Shown here in pieces: positions 46,881 through 56,689 of a DNA stretch of 64,000 nucleotides (position 1 is its first letter; every line of letters begins with the position of its first letter). A model generated the notes under the pieces. It was not told where the DNA came from and did not search any database. It was given only the letters and a program-made list of their open reading frames with translations. A program made the translations under genes and the position numbers. This DNA is from Flavitalea sp. (lineage in GTDB: Bacteria > Bacteroidota > Bacteroidia > Chitinophagales > Chitinophagaceae), in assembly GCA_044224935.1 (NCBI GenBank), contig JBGAJL010000007.1:4161-68160 (forward strand), in the 5' to 3' direction.

Positions 46881-48213
46881 TCAACCCGATGAAGGTCCGT
46901 TCTGACTGGCCTGGAACAACCCGGAATCAAGAATGGTCTGGCATATATAGGATCTGGAAGAAGCGAGACGATAGTTGCCGGATTGGTTCTCACCCAACAC
47001 ACAACCGGTGAATAAATTACCGCCCGCACCGGGTTGATGCATATCGTCTTCAACGATGCCCGCACCATCATTATAAAAAATATGCACCGCGCTCCAGGCA
47101 GAATGGCTGCAGCCTTCCAATTGCAGGCCATTGCCGGTATGTCCCCGGGCATGTATGCCGGAAAATGTCATATCGTGCGTTTTGATTGCCCGTATCCCGT
47201 GAGCCTGTGCCACGCGGAAAGTGGGCAATTCCCTTCTTCCCACATTAATCATATTCACACCATGAACGAACCTGCAGTTGTCCATAAGCACGCTGCCATG
47301 ACTGCACAGAGAAGCCACAACGGTGTCGAAATAAATATACCAGGTTTGTTCAAACCTGTATCCCACCCCACCTGAATAATCGGCCATGCAATTATGAAGA
47401 TGGATCACCTCGCATTTCTTAAACAGGAACCCGTTGTTATCAATGTGGCCGTTTCCGCCCGTAACATCACATTTGTCGAGAATGATTCCCTGCACGATTT
47501 CAATAATGATCCCGCTATAATCGATCGGTGTTCCCTTATTGGCTTCGGGAACATTGTCAACAGTGACATTGGTAAAATAGATGTAACCGAAAGCATTCGT
47601 TAAATGAATGGTGGCGCCCCGGTTGTTCCTGCAATATATGTTATCGAGATGCAGGTTAACAATCTGTCCCTTTCCATTGGCATCTCGTAAAAACATAGCA
47701 GCCTTCCACGAAAAGAAGGCTCAGGAAAATATCTCTCAGGCGTTCCTTGGCTGAATCGATGAAAACAACAACAGCATTCGCTTTGGCAGCGCTCATATCC
47801 ACATGAAAATTGGACAGGTACACCGTGTTGCTGGAAATATGAAAAAGAACAGTTGTGGAAGATTTAGCGATAACAGGTATTTTTCCCCCGGCGCCTTCAA
47901 TTTTAACCGGCCGGGTGATTTTGATATCGCCCAGCAGGTATTTTGCCGCAGGTGGGAAAACCACAGTACCGCCTACTTTCTCCGCTGCGAGTACTGCCGC
48001 CTGAACCGCGGCAGTGTCGTCATGTTTTCCATCGCCCACTGCTCCGAATTTCAATACATTGAACACCCACTCCTTATCAGGTGAGCCGGCAACACCAGCG
48101 GCATGGATAGCGGGCATTGCGGCCATCGCTCCTCCGAGACCAGCCATCTTCAACAGCGCACGCCTCGACCATCCTGAAGCTTCCATTGAGGGATCATTCA
48201 CAGAAGTTGACAT
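46881..48213 (-). pseudogene. Tat-signal right-handed beta-helix protein (pectate-lyase-superfamily / GH28- or GH55-like), split by a frameshift
   Basis: Two overlapping minus-strand ORFs in different frames (48213-47656 and 47696-46881). The first carries the Tat signal SRRALLKMAGLGG plus the N-terminal motif FNVLKFGAVGDGKHDDTAAVQAAV. The second is only beta-helix repeats with no signal and no N-cap. The frame switch must lie within 47659-47720. Confidence 0.55.
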
Positions 48214-48251
48214 TTCATTTTTGTTTAGCTGTTTTCAAAAATATGCCGGGA

Positions 48252-48869
48252 TCAATAACCTGCAGAGCGCAGCAATGTATTCAACGTTTCTGTCATCACC
48301 TTGCAGCCTTCTATGTTGACATGAACCCCGTCGAAGGTCAATTCTTTCTTCAGCCCTCCTGTTGAATTGCGCATCAGGTGATGATAGTCGACAAATAAAA
48401 ATCCCGCTTCTGCCGCAAATTGACGCAGCTTCATGTTCAATTCAATGATTAACGCAGAAGGCTCGATGGTCTTACAGCAATCGGACACCGGCAGCACAGA
48501 GGAGAAAACGACTTTCACACCCTTTTTATAGGCTTTCATTCCCATCGCCACGATGTTTTTAAATATAGTGTCCACCGGGATAAGCCCGGCGAGATCGTTG
48601 GTGCCGCCCAGTATCACCGCCACATCAGGATCGAGTGCCAAAACATCGCTGTCAAAGCGGGCCAGCATCTGGGCAGTTGTCTGACCGGAAATTCCTTTGT
48701 TAATATAATCTTTGCCGGGAAACCACTTAACAAGATCCCAACCGGCTGTGATTGAATTTCCCATGAAAACAATACGCGTGCCTGATGATTTTTTTTGAGG
48801 CTGGTTCGGCTGGCTCATGACGGCAAAAGTGCTTAATATCAGAATGCCCAGGAAAAATGGTCTACGCAT
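48252..48869 (-). CDS. Secreted SGNH/GDSL hydrolase (acetylesterase candidate)
   Basis: 205 aa, with a signal peptide. Blocks FMGNSITAGW, GISGQTT, ILGGTNDL, DGVHVN. Confidence 0.85.
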   Translation of the reverse strand: MRRPFFLGILILSTFAVMSQPNQPQKKSSGTRIVFMGNSITAGWDLVKWFPGKDYINKGISGQTTAQMLARFDSDVLALDPDVAVILGGTNDLAGLIPVDTIFKNIVAMGMKAYKKGVKVVFSSVLPVSDCCKTIEPSALIIELNMKLRQFAAEAGFLFVDYHHLMRNSTGGLKKELTFDGVHVNIEGCKVMTETLNTLLRSAGY

Positions 48870-48908
48870 GGTTCGTTTAAATTTTATAGTTTGAATAATA
48901 ATGATGAA

Positions 48909-50648
48909 TTACCATCCGGGGTTTTGATGAGCGGAAAAATCGGGTATGAGATTCGTTTCATTTAAAGGTATTGGGAAAACCAGGTATTTATCCTGCCATC
49001 CTGCATTTCTGCGCTCGGTGACAAAGCGGGTGTAGGAAAAAGAACCATTACCATTTTTAGTGATTCGCATCCCCGTCACAAGTTTATCTGTATGGTTCAG
49101 TGTTTTCCATCTCCGGGTATCCCAAAACCTGTTTTCCTCAAAGGCAAATTCCACGCGGCGTTCGCGGCGTATCCTATCCCTGAGCTGGTCCTGTGTCAAT
49201 CCTCCGGGCAACAGCGGCATATGCGCTCTTTTCCTGATCTCATTAACGGCGTCATAAGCATCCTGGGTGGGGCCATTCGCTTCATTTTCTGCTTCTGCGA
49301 GGTTGAGATAAATTTCTGCCAGGCGGAATTTTTTGAAACGGGAGCTCTGGCCATTATATCCCTGAACAGAAGGATCATAAAATTTTCTCAGGTAATAACC
49401 AGTCCTGGTATGTTCCATCTGCGTATGATCCAGCAATTGATCTCTTCCTCCTATATAGGTATCTATCGTATAAGGATCACCGTTTACAACTCCATAGTAA
49501 GCTCCATTATACCATACGGTGGCATAAAACCTGGGATCTCTGCCCACGTAAGGATTATTTTCGTCGTATCCCGATGCAGGATTGATAATAGGCTGCAAAT
49601 GATCTTCATCATTATATCCCAATATCGCCGGCTCACCTGTGGCCTGCATATCATAACTGTCCACCAGTTCCTGCGAAGGCACAGCGCCCGCTGCGGTTCC
49701 ACCCGACAGTGTGCCCGGAATAGCATTGATCACGCTGAACACCATATCATTGGTGCCCGGGATTTCGTGGATAGTTTCCCTGTCAATCAATACAGATCCA
49801 AGATCCTGCGTTTTTTGAAAATAACTTTCATAATCCGCCGCCAGCGCATACTCGCCGTTCTGCGTGAGCGCCTGCAGGGCTTCTTTTGAAGCCGTTGCTG
49901 CGCGCGCCCATTTCGCTACATCACCGCCGGAATTCCATAGAGGGCTCGCGGCAAACAGCAGGGCCTCCGATTTAATGGCATAAGCCACCGATTTAGGAAA
50001 TCGCCCACGCTCATTTTCATTCAGCAACCGCATGGGAACGTTGGGATTATTTATAATATCATCGCACTCGCTGATAATAAAATCAATGCTGGTTTGAAAA
50101 TCAGGCCTGACCAGCGAAGCAAAATCATATCCGGGTGCAAACGGTTCTTTCACAACCGGCATAGCGCCGAATTGTTTGATCAGTTCCCAATAGAAAAAGG
50201 CTCTCAGTATCTGGGCCTCACCTTTCAGGCGGCTTCTGTAGCTTTCATTGGATATTTTAGCCTGGTCGATATTGGCCAGGAAAAGATTGGCATAGTTGAT
50301 ACCTCTCCACCAGGTGGGATAATCAAGAGGGAATATAGGATTGTAAGTGGTGGTGAGACCGCCGCTGATCCAGCGTTGCGGCATCATCCAACTGATAAAG
50401 GTACCCCTGGCGTCCTGCGCCTCGTCGGTTATGCCGGCTAAAAACTCAAGCCAGTCGTACGAATAAAAATAATGAGGTATCTGTCCGTAGACCGTGTTTA
50501 AAAATGCTTCTGTTTTTATCTCATCTTTAAACACATCATCAATTGTGATTCTACCATCCGGTGTGATATCCAGCGGATTTTTTTTGCAGCCACACAGCAT
50601 TATCAGGCTCGCGGTGGCCAATGACAGGAATATTTTTGACATCTTCAT
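48909..50648 (-). CDS. susD: SusD/RagB-family lipoprotein (PUL 3; close paralogue of the SusD at 9847-11568)
   Basis: Lipobox SLIMLCGC. Long shared blocks with the first SusD: QELVDSYDMQATGEP, RDPRFYATVWYNGA, FRLAEIYLNLAEAENEANGPT, RDRIRRERRVEFAFEE, and the HQNPGW end. Confidence 0.95.
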   Translation of the reverse strand: MKMSKIFLSLATASLIMLCGCKKNPLDITPDGRITIDDVFKDEIKTEAFLNTVYGQIPHYFYSYDWLEFLAGITDEAQDARGTFISWMMPQRWISGGLTTTYNPIFPLDYPTWWRGINYANLFLANIDQAKISNESYRSRLKGEAQILRAFFYWELIKQFGAMPVVKEPFAPGYDFASLVRPDFQTSIDFIISECDDIINNPNVPMRLLNENERGRFPKSVAYAIKSEALLFAASPLWNSGGDVAKWARAATASKEALQALTQNGEYALAADYESYFQKTQDLGSVLIDRETIHEIPGTNDMVFSVINAIPGTLSGGTAAGAVPSQELVDSYDMQATGEPAILGYNDEDHLQPIINPASGYDENNPYVGRDPRFYATVWYNGAYYGVVNGDPYTIDTYIGGRDQLLDHTQMEHTRTGYYLRKFYDPSVQGYNGQSSRFKKFRLAEIYLNLAEAENEANGPTQDAYDAVNEIRKRAHMPLLPGGLTQDQLRDRIRRERRVEFAFEENRFWDTRRWKTLNHTDKLVTGMRITKNGNGSFSYTRFVTERRNAGWQDKYLVFPIPLNETNLIPDFSAHQNPGW

Positions 50649-50697
50649 GCAATTAAAAATTTTGGTGTTGGAAAATCAGACAACTTTTCTTTAACCA

Positions 50698-53600
50698 CTA
50701 AAAGATTACGTTTACGCCAAAGTTGATTATTCGTGGAATCGGATAAGAAGTGCCTGCGGGAATCTCAGGGTCCAAATCAATCATGCGTAAGTGATCCCAG
50801 GTGGAGATGTTTGATGCATTGGCATAAACCCTTATTTTATTAGCAGATATTTTATTGGCCCACCTGATTGGCAGATTGTAACCGATCTCTGCATTCTTTA
50901 AACGGATAAAGCTCGCATCATTCAGGAAAAAATCATTCATGATTTCATTAGGCGAAACCTGCGTTGTCAAACGGGGATAATTAATAGTCTCTCCGTTAGC
51001 AGCTCTTTCAGCCGTCCAGCTTTGTAAATGGCGGGGCGTATAATTTTTAGAATCATTGGAGGCAAAAACACCCCTGCCCCAGAAGTACCTCGAAACATTG
51101 GCTACGCCCTGGAACAGTACGCTGATATCGAAGTCGCGGTAAGTGAAGCTAAACGCAGCGCCAAAAGTATATTCAGGCACGTCGGAATAACCTATGGGCG
51201 CAATGTCGCGTTCATCAACAATATTGTCTTTATTCAAGTCGGCATATTTGAAGTCTCCGGGTCTTGAAGGATGGCCGCCAACGTTTTGTACAGGTGAGTT
51301 AAGAACATCTTCTTCGTCTTTAAAATAACCCAGCACTCTGTAGCCAAAATACTGTCCCAGCGAATACCCGGTTTGCCTGTATTTATAAGCAAAGGATGAG
51401 TTCAGCATCGGTTCATCCGCATAAATCTGTTTATTGATGGCGTAGTTGAAATTCAGCTTGGTAAGAAAAGACAGATTTTTGTTGAAAGCTTTCCGATAAC
51501 CCAGTTCTATTTCATATCCTTTATTCTCGATAACGCCTATGTTAACAGGGGGTAGTATGCTGGCGGCGAAACCATTAATGAGCGGAATGGTTCCGCGCGA
51601 GCGCAAAATATTGCTCCTTCTTTCTCTGAATACGTCTACTGTAAGATCAATCGTATTCAGGAGGCGCAGCTCAAGCCCGATATTCAGCTTCCTGGCAATC
51701 TCCCAGCTGATGTCTGCATTCTTAAGCATATTAATAGCAATGCTCTGCGTGCGGCCCAGTGCAAGATTATATCCACCGCCCACTACCGTAATATCATCCA
51801 GGTATAAAAACCTGCGGCTGCCAATGCGATCGTTTCCGACCCATCCGTATGAGCCACGCAGTTTCGCCGAAGTAATCACTTCACTGTTCTTCAAGAAATT
51901 CTCTTTCGACATGAGCCAGCCGGCAGAAAATGCAGGGAAAAATCCGTATCGCTTTCCTTTGGCAAATTGTTCGGATCCGTTATATCCCGCATTGAATTCG
52001 AAGAAATATTTATCATCATATCCATACGTGAAACGCCCCGACACACCGCGAAGATTATAGGGCAGGTCGATATTCGCAATATTTTGCTGTTGCTGGAAAA
52101 GCAGCATTCCGGAAACATTATGCCTGCCGAAGGTTCTCGCATAATTCAGGTAACCCTGGAAATTTGATAAAGAAGAAAATGTTCTCCCACCACCAATGCT
52201 CAGTGGCGTATTTTCATGAGCGGAATACTTATTGAAGTATACACTGTCTTTGCCATCGCTGGCAGGCACATTGGGGTTAATCAATTGTATATACTTGGCA
52301 AATTCCCGGTTGCCCCACATATTGTTCACTGCACGGGTATCGAAGGATGCGATCACTTTTGCAGACAGACCCGGAGTGATAAAATCAAGTTGCTGTTCTG
52401 CACCGAAAGAGGCCAATACACTGCTCCTGGTTTGTTTTACATAGCCCGAACGGTTCATTAACCCGTAAGCAGGCCAGTCAACATTCGCGGCTGTGACCAC
52501 TTCTCCATCGGGAGTCAGGGGACCCGGGGTGTTCGCAGGCAGGTCGGCAATATTGATGATCAGGTATCCCGCCGGCGATTCGCCGGTGAGTACCTGGTTT
52601 ACATCTCCCAGCCTGGCCAGCATGCCCATAGGCATATTTTGTTTTTCCAGGTAGCCGGCAACATTCAAAAACACCTTCAATGATTTGTTCAGTTTCAAAT
52701 CAATATTCGAACGGAAAGAATACCTGTCCAGTTTGAAGGAAGGGTCATAAGGCAGGCCCTTTTCCACGTTAAACTGGCCGCCCTGGTTCAAATAGGTTGC
52801 GTTCACAAAATAAGACATCGCCTTATTATTGCTGGTTCCGGAAATGTTCAGGTTGTATCTGTTCTGCAGCGACACATCCTTCACCATGATTTTCCGCCAG
52901 TCGGTGTTCGGAAAGCGAAGCGGATCTTCACCGGTGCGATACATCTCCAGCATGTGATCCGAATACATAGGCGACAACCCATCATTTTCCAGTGCCAGGT
53001 TTTTAAGCGATGCGTAATCATATGCATCGACGGTTTTAATAAATTTTGGGAAGCTCTGTAGCCCCATTTCCATGCTGAAGTTGATCTGCGGCAGTTCCGA
53101 AGTGCCTCGTTTGGTAGTCACCAGTACTACACCATTGGCGCCGCGAACACCAAACAATGCTGTAGCTGAAGCATCTTTTAATATGGTCACCGATTCCACT
53201 TCGTTGGGATCGATATAAGAGAGATCTCTTTCAATACCATCGATCAATACCACCGGGCTGGTCTGATTAACCGTCGCACGACCCCTGATGAACAGGTAAG
53301 TGAAATCACGGCCGGGCTCACCGCTGGTCTGCAATGTTGTAAGACCCGGCAGCCTTCCGGCCAGTGTAACGGCAAGGTTAGCAGCAGGGCTCTGTTTAAT
53401 CTCGCGGGTTTTGACGGAAGAAATAGCGCCTGTGACTGTTTCTTTTTTCTGGGTGGAGAAAGCCACCACCGCCACTTCATCAAGACCGAGATAAGAGCTG
53501 ACCATCAATACATCGATATTATTCCGGTTCCCCACATACACATATTTTTCAGCATACCCCACATGACGAAAAACCAGCGTCGCATTTTCACTGGCACGGA

Positions 53601-53856
53601 TATGATAGCTGCCATCAATGCCGCTCCTGGTTGTTCTGCCTGCACCCACTACTTCTATGGTAACGCTCACAAGCGGGCTCTGATCCAGCGAATCCCTTAT
53701 TTTTCCGCTGATATCTATCTCCTTCGGGGGCACTGAAGAATTGATGTCACCTTTAGCTGCCTGTCCTGAATACCCATCGCGTGGAATACACAGCAACAGC
53801 AAAATCAAACATGCCTGATAAATGGCTGTCTTAAATTGAAATGAAACGATTCGCAT
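50698..53856 (-). CDS. susC: SusC/RagA-family TonB-dependent transporter (PUL 3; close paralogue of the SusC at 6628-9828)
   Basis: 1052 aa. IKQSPAANLAVTLAGRLPGLT, LFIRGRAT, IDGIERD, NEVESVTILKDASATALFGVRGANGVVLVTTKRG, GHPSRPGDFKYADLN, and a C-terminal ...NFGVNVIF. Confidence 0.95.
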   Translation of the reverse strand: MRIVSFQFKTAIYQACLILLLLCIPRDGYSGQAAKGDINSSVPPKEIDISGKIRDSLDQSPLVSVTIEVVGAGRTTRSGIDGSYHIRASENATLVFRHVGYAEKYVYVGNRNNIDVLMVSSYLGLDEVAVVAFSTQKKETVTGAISSVKTREIKQSPAANLAVTLAGRLPGLTTLQTSGEPGRDFTYLFIRGRATVNQTSPVVLIDGIERDLSYIDPNEVESVTILKDASATALFGVRGANGVVLVTTKRGTSELPQINFSMEMGLQSFPKFIKTVDAYDYASLKNLALENDGLSPMYSDHMLEMYRTGEDPLRFPNTDWRKIMVKDVSLQNRYNLNISGTSNNKAMSYFVNATYLNQGGQFNVEKGLPYDPSFKLDRYSFRSNIDLKLNKSLKVFLNVAGYLEKQNMPMGMLARLGDVNQVLTGESPAGYLIINIADLPANTPGPLTPDGEVVTAANVDWPAYGLMNRSGYVKQTRSSVLASFGAEQQLDFITPGLSAKVIASFDTRAVNNMWGNREFAKYIQLINPNVPASDGKDSVYFNKYSAHENTPLSIGGGRTFSSLSNFQGYLNYARTFGRHNVSGMLLFQQQQNIANIDLPYNLRGVSGRFTYGYDDKYFFEFNAGYNGSEQFAKGKRYGFFPAFSAGWLMSKENFLKNSEVITSAKLRGSYGWVGNDRIGSRRFLYLDDITVVGGGYNLALGRTQSIAINMLKNADISWEIARKLNIGLELRLLNTIDLTVDVFRERRSNILRSRGTIPLINGFAASILPPVNIGVIENKGYEIELGYRKAFNKNLSFLTKLNFNYAINKQIYADEPMLNSSFAYKYRQTGYSLGQYFGYRVLGYFKDEEDVLNSPVQNVGGHPSRPGDFKYADLNKDNIVDERDIAPIGYSDVPEYTFGAAFSFTYRDFDISVLFQGVANVSRYFWGRGVFASNDSKNYTPRHLQSWTAERAANGETINYPRLTTQVSPNEIMNDFFLNDASFIRLKNAEIGYNLPIRWANKISANKIRVYANASNISTWDHLRMIDLDPEIPAGTSYPIPRIINFGVNVIF

Positions 53857-54164
53857 AAACCTGGTTAATTTGGTTAATATTAATTATCGACCCTCGGTGA
53901 TTGCATACGCTTATTCAAAAGCGGATGGACTGAAACATTTTACTATGGATTTATATTTTCTTAAATGCGGTCCGGCACTGAACAAAGATTTGAGCTGACT
54001 TCAACTAACTGATTGTAAAACGATCTGCGAAACCATTGAAACTGCAATATCATTGGCAGAAAGTGCACTGCGCAGATACACTTCTGATAACCTTTTCCAA
54101 AAATATTAAATGCTGATAAGTTGTGGCAGTAGAAAGTTAACAAGATATGTAAATCGGTTAACAT

Positions 54165-55337
54165 TTACCAAACGTTATTTAATTGATTAAAGGAAATGTT
54201 TATAGCAGAGATCCTTGAAATAAGCTTTCCTAACTGAGCGGATGTTCGGGTAAGATTCACAGTTGTCAATGCAAGCGATTCTTTAAGCTCGTCCAATCCT
54301 TTATTTATCGGAAACAAACTATCAAAATATGCTTGCATCTGTGCGTTTGGCATCAGCGGAACACTGCCAGCCAGCCCAATGACAATTATATTTTGCTGTT
54401 TTGCTCTCCTGGCAACACCAAAAGGTGCTTTGCCGGATATTGTCTGTTCATCTATGCTTCCTTCTCCCGTGATGAGGACGTCGGTTTTAAGCAAAGCCTC
54501 GTTAAAGCCCGTAACGTCCAGGAAATAGTCAATGCCATTCACCAGCTTCGCATTCAAAACAGCATGCAACCCGGCAGCAGTTCCGCCCGCAGCTCCGCCG
54601 TGCGGTATCTCTTTTACATCAATATCCAGTTGCTGTTTCAATATATAAGAAAAATGCGCCAGTCTTATTTCCAATTCATGTATGGTCTTTTCGTCTGCTC
54701 CTTTTTGAGGGCCAAAAACACGTGCTGCACCTTCTTTTCCAAGCAGCGGGTTCTTTACATCGCACAGCACAATAACCTCGCAGCCGAAGATCCGCTTATC
54801 AATACCTGAAAGATCCAGTTTGGCGAGTTGCAGAAAACCCGACGGTAAGAAAGAAATAGAATCGCCATTCTTATCCAAAAAATCAACGCCCAATGCTTTT
54901 AATATACCTGCTCCCCCATCAACAGTGGCCGAGCCGCCCATTCCCAATATTATTCTCGAAACACCGCGGGCCAGCGCATCATTAATCATTTCACCGGTTC
55001 CGTACGAATTCAGGTTAAGCGGATCCAATTGATCTTCACGTAAAAGATGTATCCCTGTGGCGGCAGACATTTCCATAACCGCCGTTTTATTATTATCCAT
55101 CAGGTAATAACCGGTCCCAGCCGCTCTCCCCGCAACCGAAGTCACTGTCGTGCTGATTTCACGGGCGTGGTATTTATCTGCGATCAGCCTGGCTGTGCCG
55201 TTGCCGCCGTCGCCTATTGGAAACAATGAACAGTTCGCGTGCAGGCCACTCATTTCTATCCCTTTCTTTATCGCTGCCGCCGCCGTTTCTGCATCAATGC
55301 TATGCTTGAAAGCATTGGGCGCTATCAAAATATTCAT
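54165..55337 (-). CDS. Glycerate kinase (GlxK/GarK family)
   Basis: 390 aa. N-terminus MNILIAPNAFKHSIDAETAAAAIKKGI (compare MKIVIAPDSFKESLSA...), then GDGGNGT, MGGSATVDGGAGILKALG, and GEGSIDEQTISGKAP. Confidence 0.88.
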   Translation of the reverse strand: MNILIAPNAFKHSIDAETAAAAIKKGIEMSGLHANCSLFPIGDGGNGTARLIADKYHAREISTTVTSVAGRAAGTGYYLMDNNKTAVMEMSAATGIHLLREDQLDPLNLNSYGTGEMINDALARGVSRIILGMGGSATVDGGAGILKALGVDFLDKNGDSISFLPSGFLQLAKLDLSGIDKRIFGCEVIVLCDVKNPLLGKEGAARVFGPQKGADEKTIHELEIRLAHFSYILKQQLDIDVKEIPHGGAAGGTAAGLHAVLNAKLVNGIDYFLDVTGFNEALLKTDVLITGEGSIDEQTISGKAPFGVARRAKQQNIIVIGLAGSVPLMPNAQMQAYFDSLFPINKGLDELKESLALTTVNLTRTSAQLGKLISRISAINISFNQLNNVW

Positions 55338-55365
55338 AAAATTCTATATAGCATTAACCCGCTGT

Positions 55366-56670
55366 TTACATTCCTGCAAGCACTTCATGCGCTTTGTCTA
55401 TGGCAAAATCAATATCATCATGTGTATGTGCAGCGCTGATATACCAAAGTCCGCGGCCAATTATCCTTACTCCCGAATCATGCATGCCCGCAATAAATTC
55501 ATTGAGTTTTCCTTTATCGGCAAGAAGCGTGTCCCTGTAATTTTTAAAATACCTCAATGTTGTAAAGCTGGTGGTAAACATCGGGCCAGGGCCCTGTATC
55601 AGCATTGCATGATTATGCCGGCGTGCAGCTTGCGACAACCCGTCCATTAATTTTCTTCCCAGTTCAAAAAACCGCTGGTAAGGCAGCTCTTCTTCGAGCA
55701 CCTCAATCGTTGCCAGCGAAGCCGCAATTGTAGGGTTGCTCGAATTCATTGTGCCTGCATGAATCACTTTGCCCGAAGCAACCAGGTTCATCCATTCTTT
55801 TTTGCCAACTATTGCGCTGACAGGATATCCACTGCCCATTGCCTTGGCAAAAACAGACAGGTCGGGCGTAACGCCAAAATACGTTTGCGCACCTCCCAGG
55901 TCTATCCTGAAACCTGTGATCACTTCATCAAAAATCAAAGTGATGCCATATTTATCACACAGTTTTCTCATCAATGACAGGTATCCATTTTCAGGGAGAA
56001 TACATCCATTATTGCACATAATAGGTTCGGTGATAACAGCGGCGATCCCGGCATGTTTCTCTGCGAGCACTTTTTCAAGCAGTTCCCCATCATTCCATGG
56101 AATGATGATAAACTCGTTTCTTGCTATTTCCGATATCCCGGCGCTCCATGGAAAAACATTGGGAGATTCAGGGCTGCCAAGCGCTTCAATATTCGGGGCA
56201 GATATGCCAAAAGCTACATTATCCAGCCAACCGTGATAATGACCTTCGAAACGCAAAAATTTTTGCCTGCCCGTTTTGGCCCTTGCTATTCTCAGCGCCG
56301 TCTGTATCGCTTCAGTTCCGTCGAGACAGAACCTTACAAGCTCGGATGAGGGAATTAACCGGTTCAGTTTTTCCGCAAGCTCCAATTCTTTGACATGCTG
56401 GCCGGCAAACATTTGTCCCAGGCTCGAATATTCATTAACAGCCCGGAGCACTTTCTCGTGTGAATGTCCCAGGATCAACGGTCCCTGGCTCAATGTAAAA
56501 TCAACATACTCATTTCCATCAATATCATAGATCCTGCTTCCTTTGGCATGAGAATAGAAAAGAGCATGGGGATGATTATACTTTCGGAACTCGGAAGACA
56601 CACCGCCGGCAAGCGCTTCCTTTGCGCGCGTAAGCATGGCAGCAGAGCGGGCATATTTAGAACTTTCCAT
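55366..56670 (-). CDS. Class III (GSA-aminomutase-like) PLP aminotransferase
   Basis: ALAGGVSSEFR, YDIDGNEYVDF, GPLILGHSH, FDEVITGFR, KAMGSGYP. The start is uncertain: the ATG at 56670 leaves a 19-nt gap, whereas the ATG at 56706 would overlap the upstream gene by 17 nt. Confidence 0.8.
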   Translation of the reverse strand: MESSKYARSAAMLTRAKEALAGGVSSEFRKYNHPHALFYSHAKGSRIYDIDGNEYVDFTLSQGPLILGHSHEKVLRAVNEYSSLGQMFAGQHVKELELAEKLNRLIPSSELVRFCLDGTEAIQTALRIARAKTGRQKFLRFEGHYHGWLDNVAFGISAPNIEALGSPESPNVFPWSAGISEIARNEFIIIPWNDGELLEKVLAEKHAGIAAVITEPIMCNNGCILPENGYLSLMRKLCDKYGITLIFDEVITGFRIDLGGAQTYFGVTPDLSVFAKAMGSGYPVSAIVGKKEWMNLVASGKVIHAGTMNSSNPTIAASLATIEVLEEELPYQRFFELGRKLMDGLSQAARRHNHAMLIQGPGPMFTTSFTTLRYFKNYRDTLLADKGKLNEFIAGMHDSGVRIIGRGLWYISAAHTHDDIDFAIDKAHEVLAGM

Positions 56671-56689
56671 AAAATATTCTTGATGTTTA

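Noticed and set aside
53861-53876. Direct repeat GGTTAAT-TT-GGTTAAT immediately upstream of the susC3 start codon.
   Set aside because: It is very short and AT-rich. It occurs only once, and no similar element lies upstream of the paralogous susC1, so there is no evidence for a regulatory role.
53961-54164. A 67-aa ORF in the 308-bp gap between the glycerate kinase gene and susC3.
   Set aside because: It has no recognisable motif and an odd composition (Cys/Phe/His-rich). It lies where the susC3 promoter and leader are expected. The region contains a possible -7 box (TATTTTTG on the minus strand, 54105-54098) but no other support for coding.
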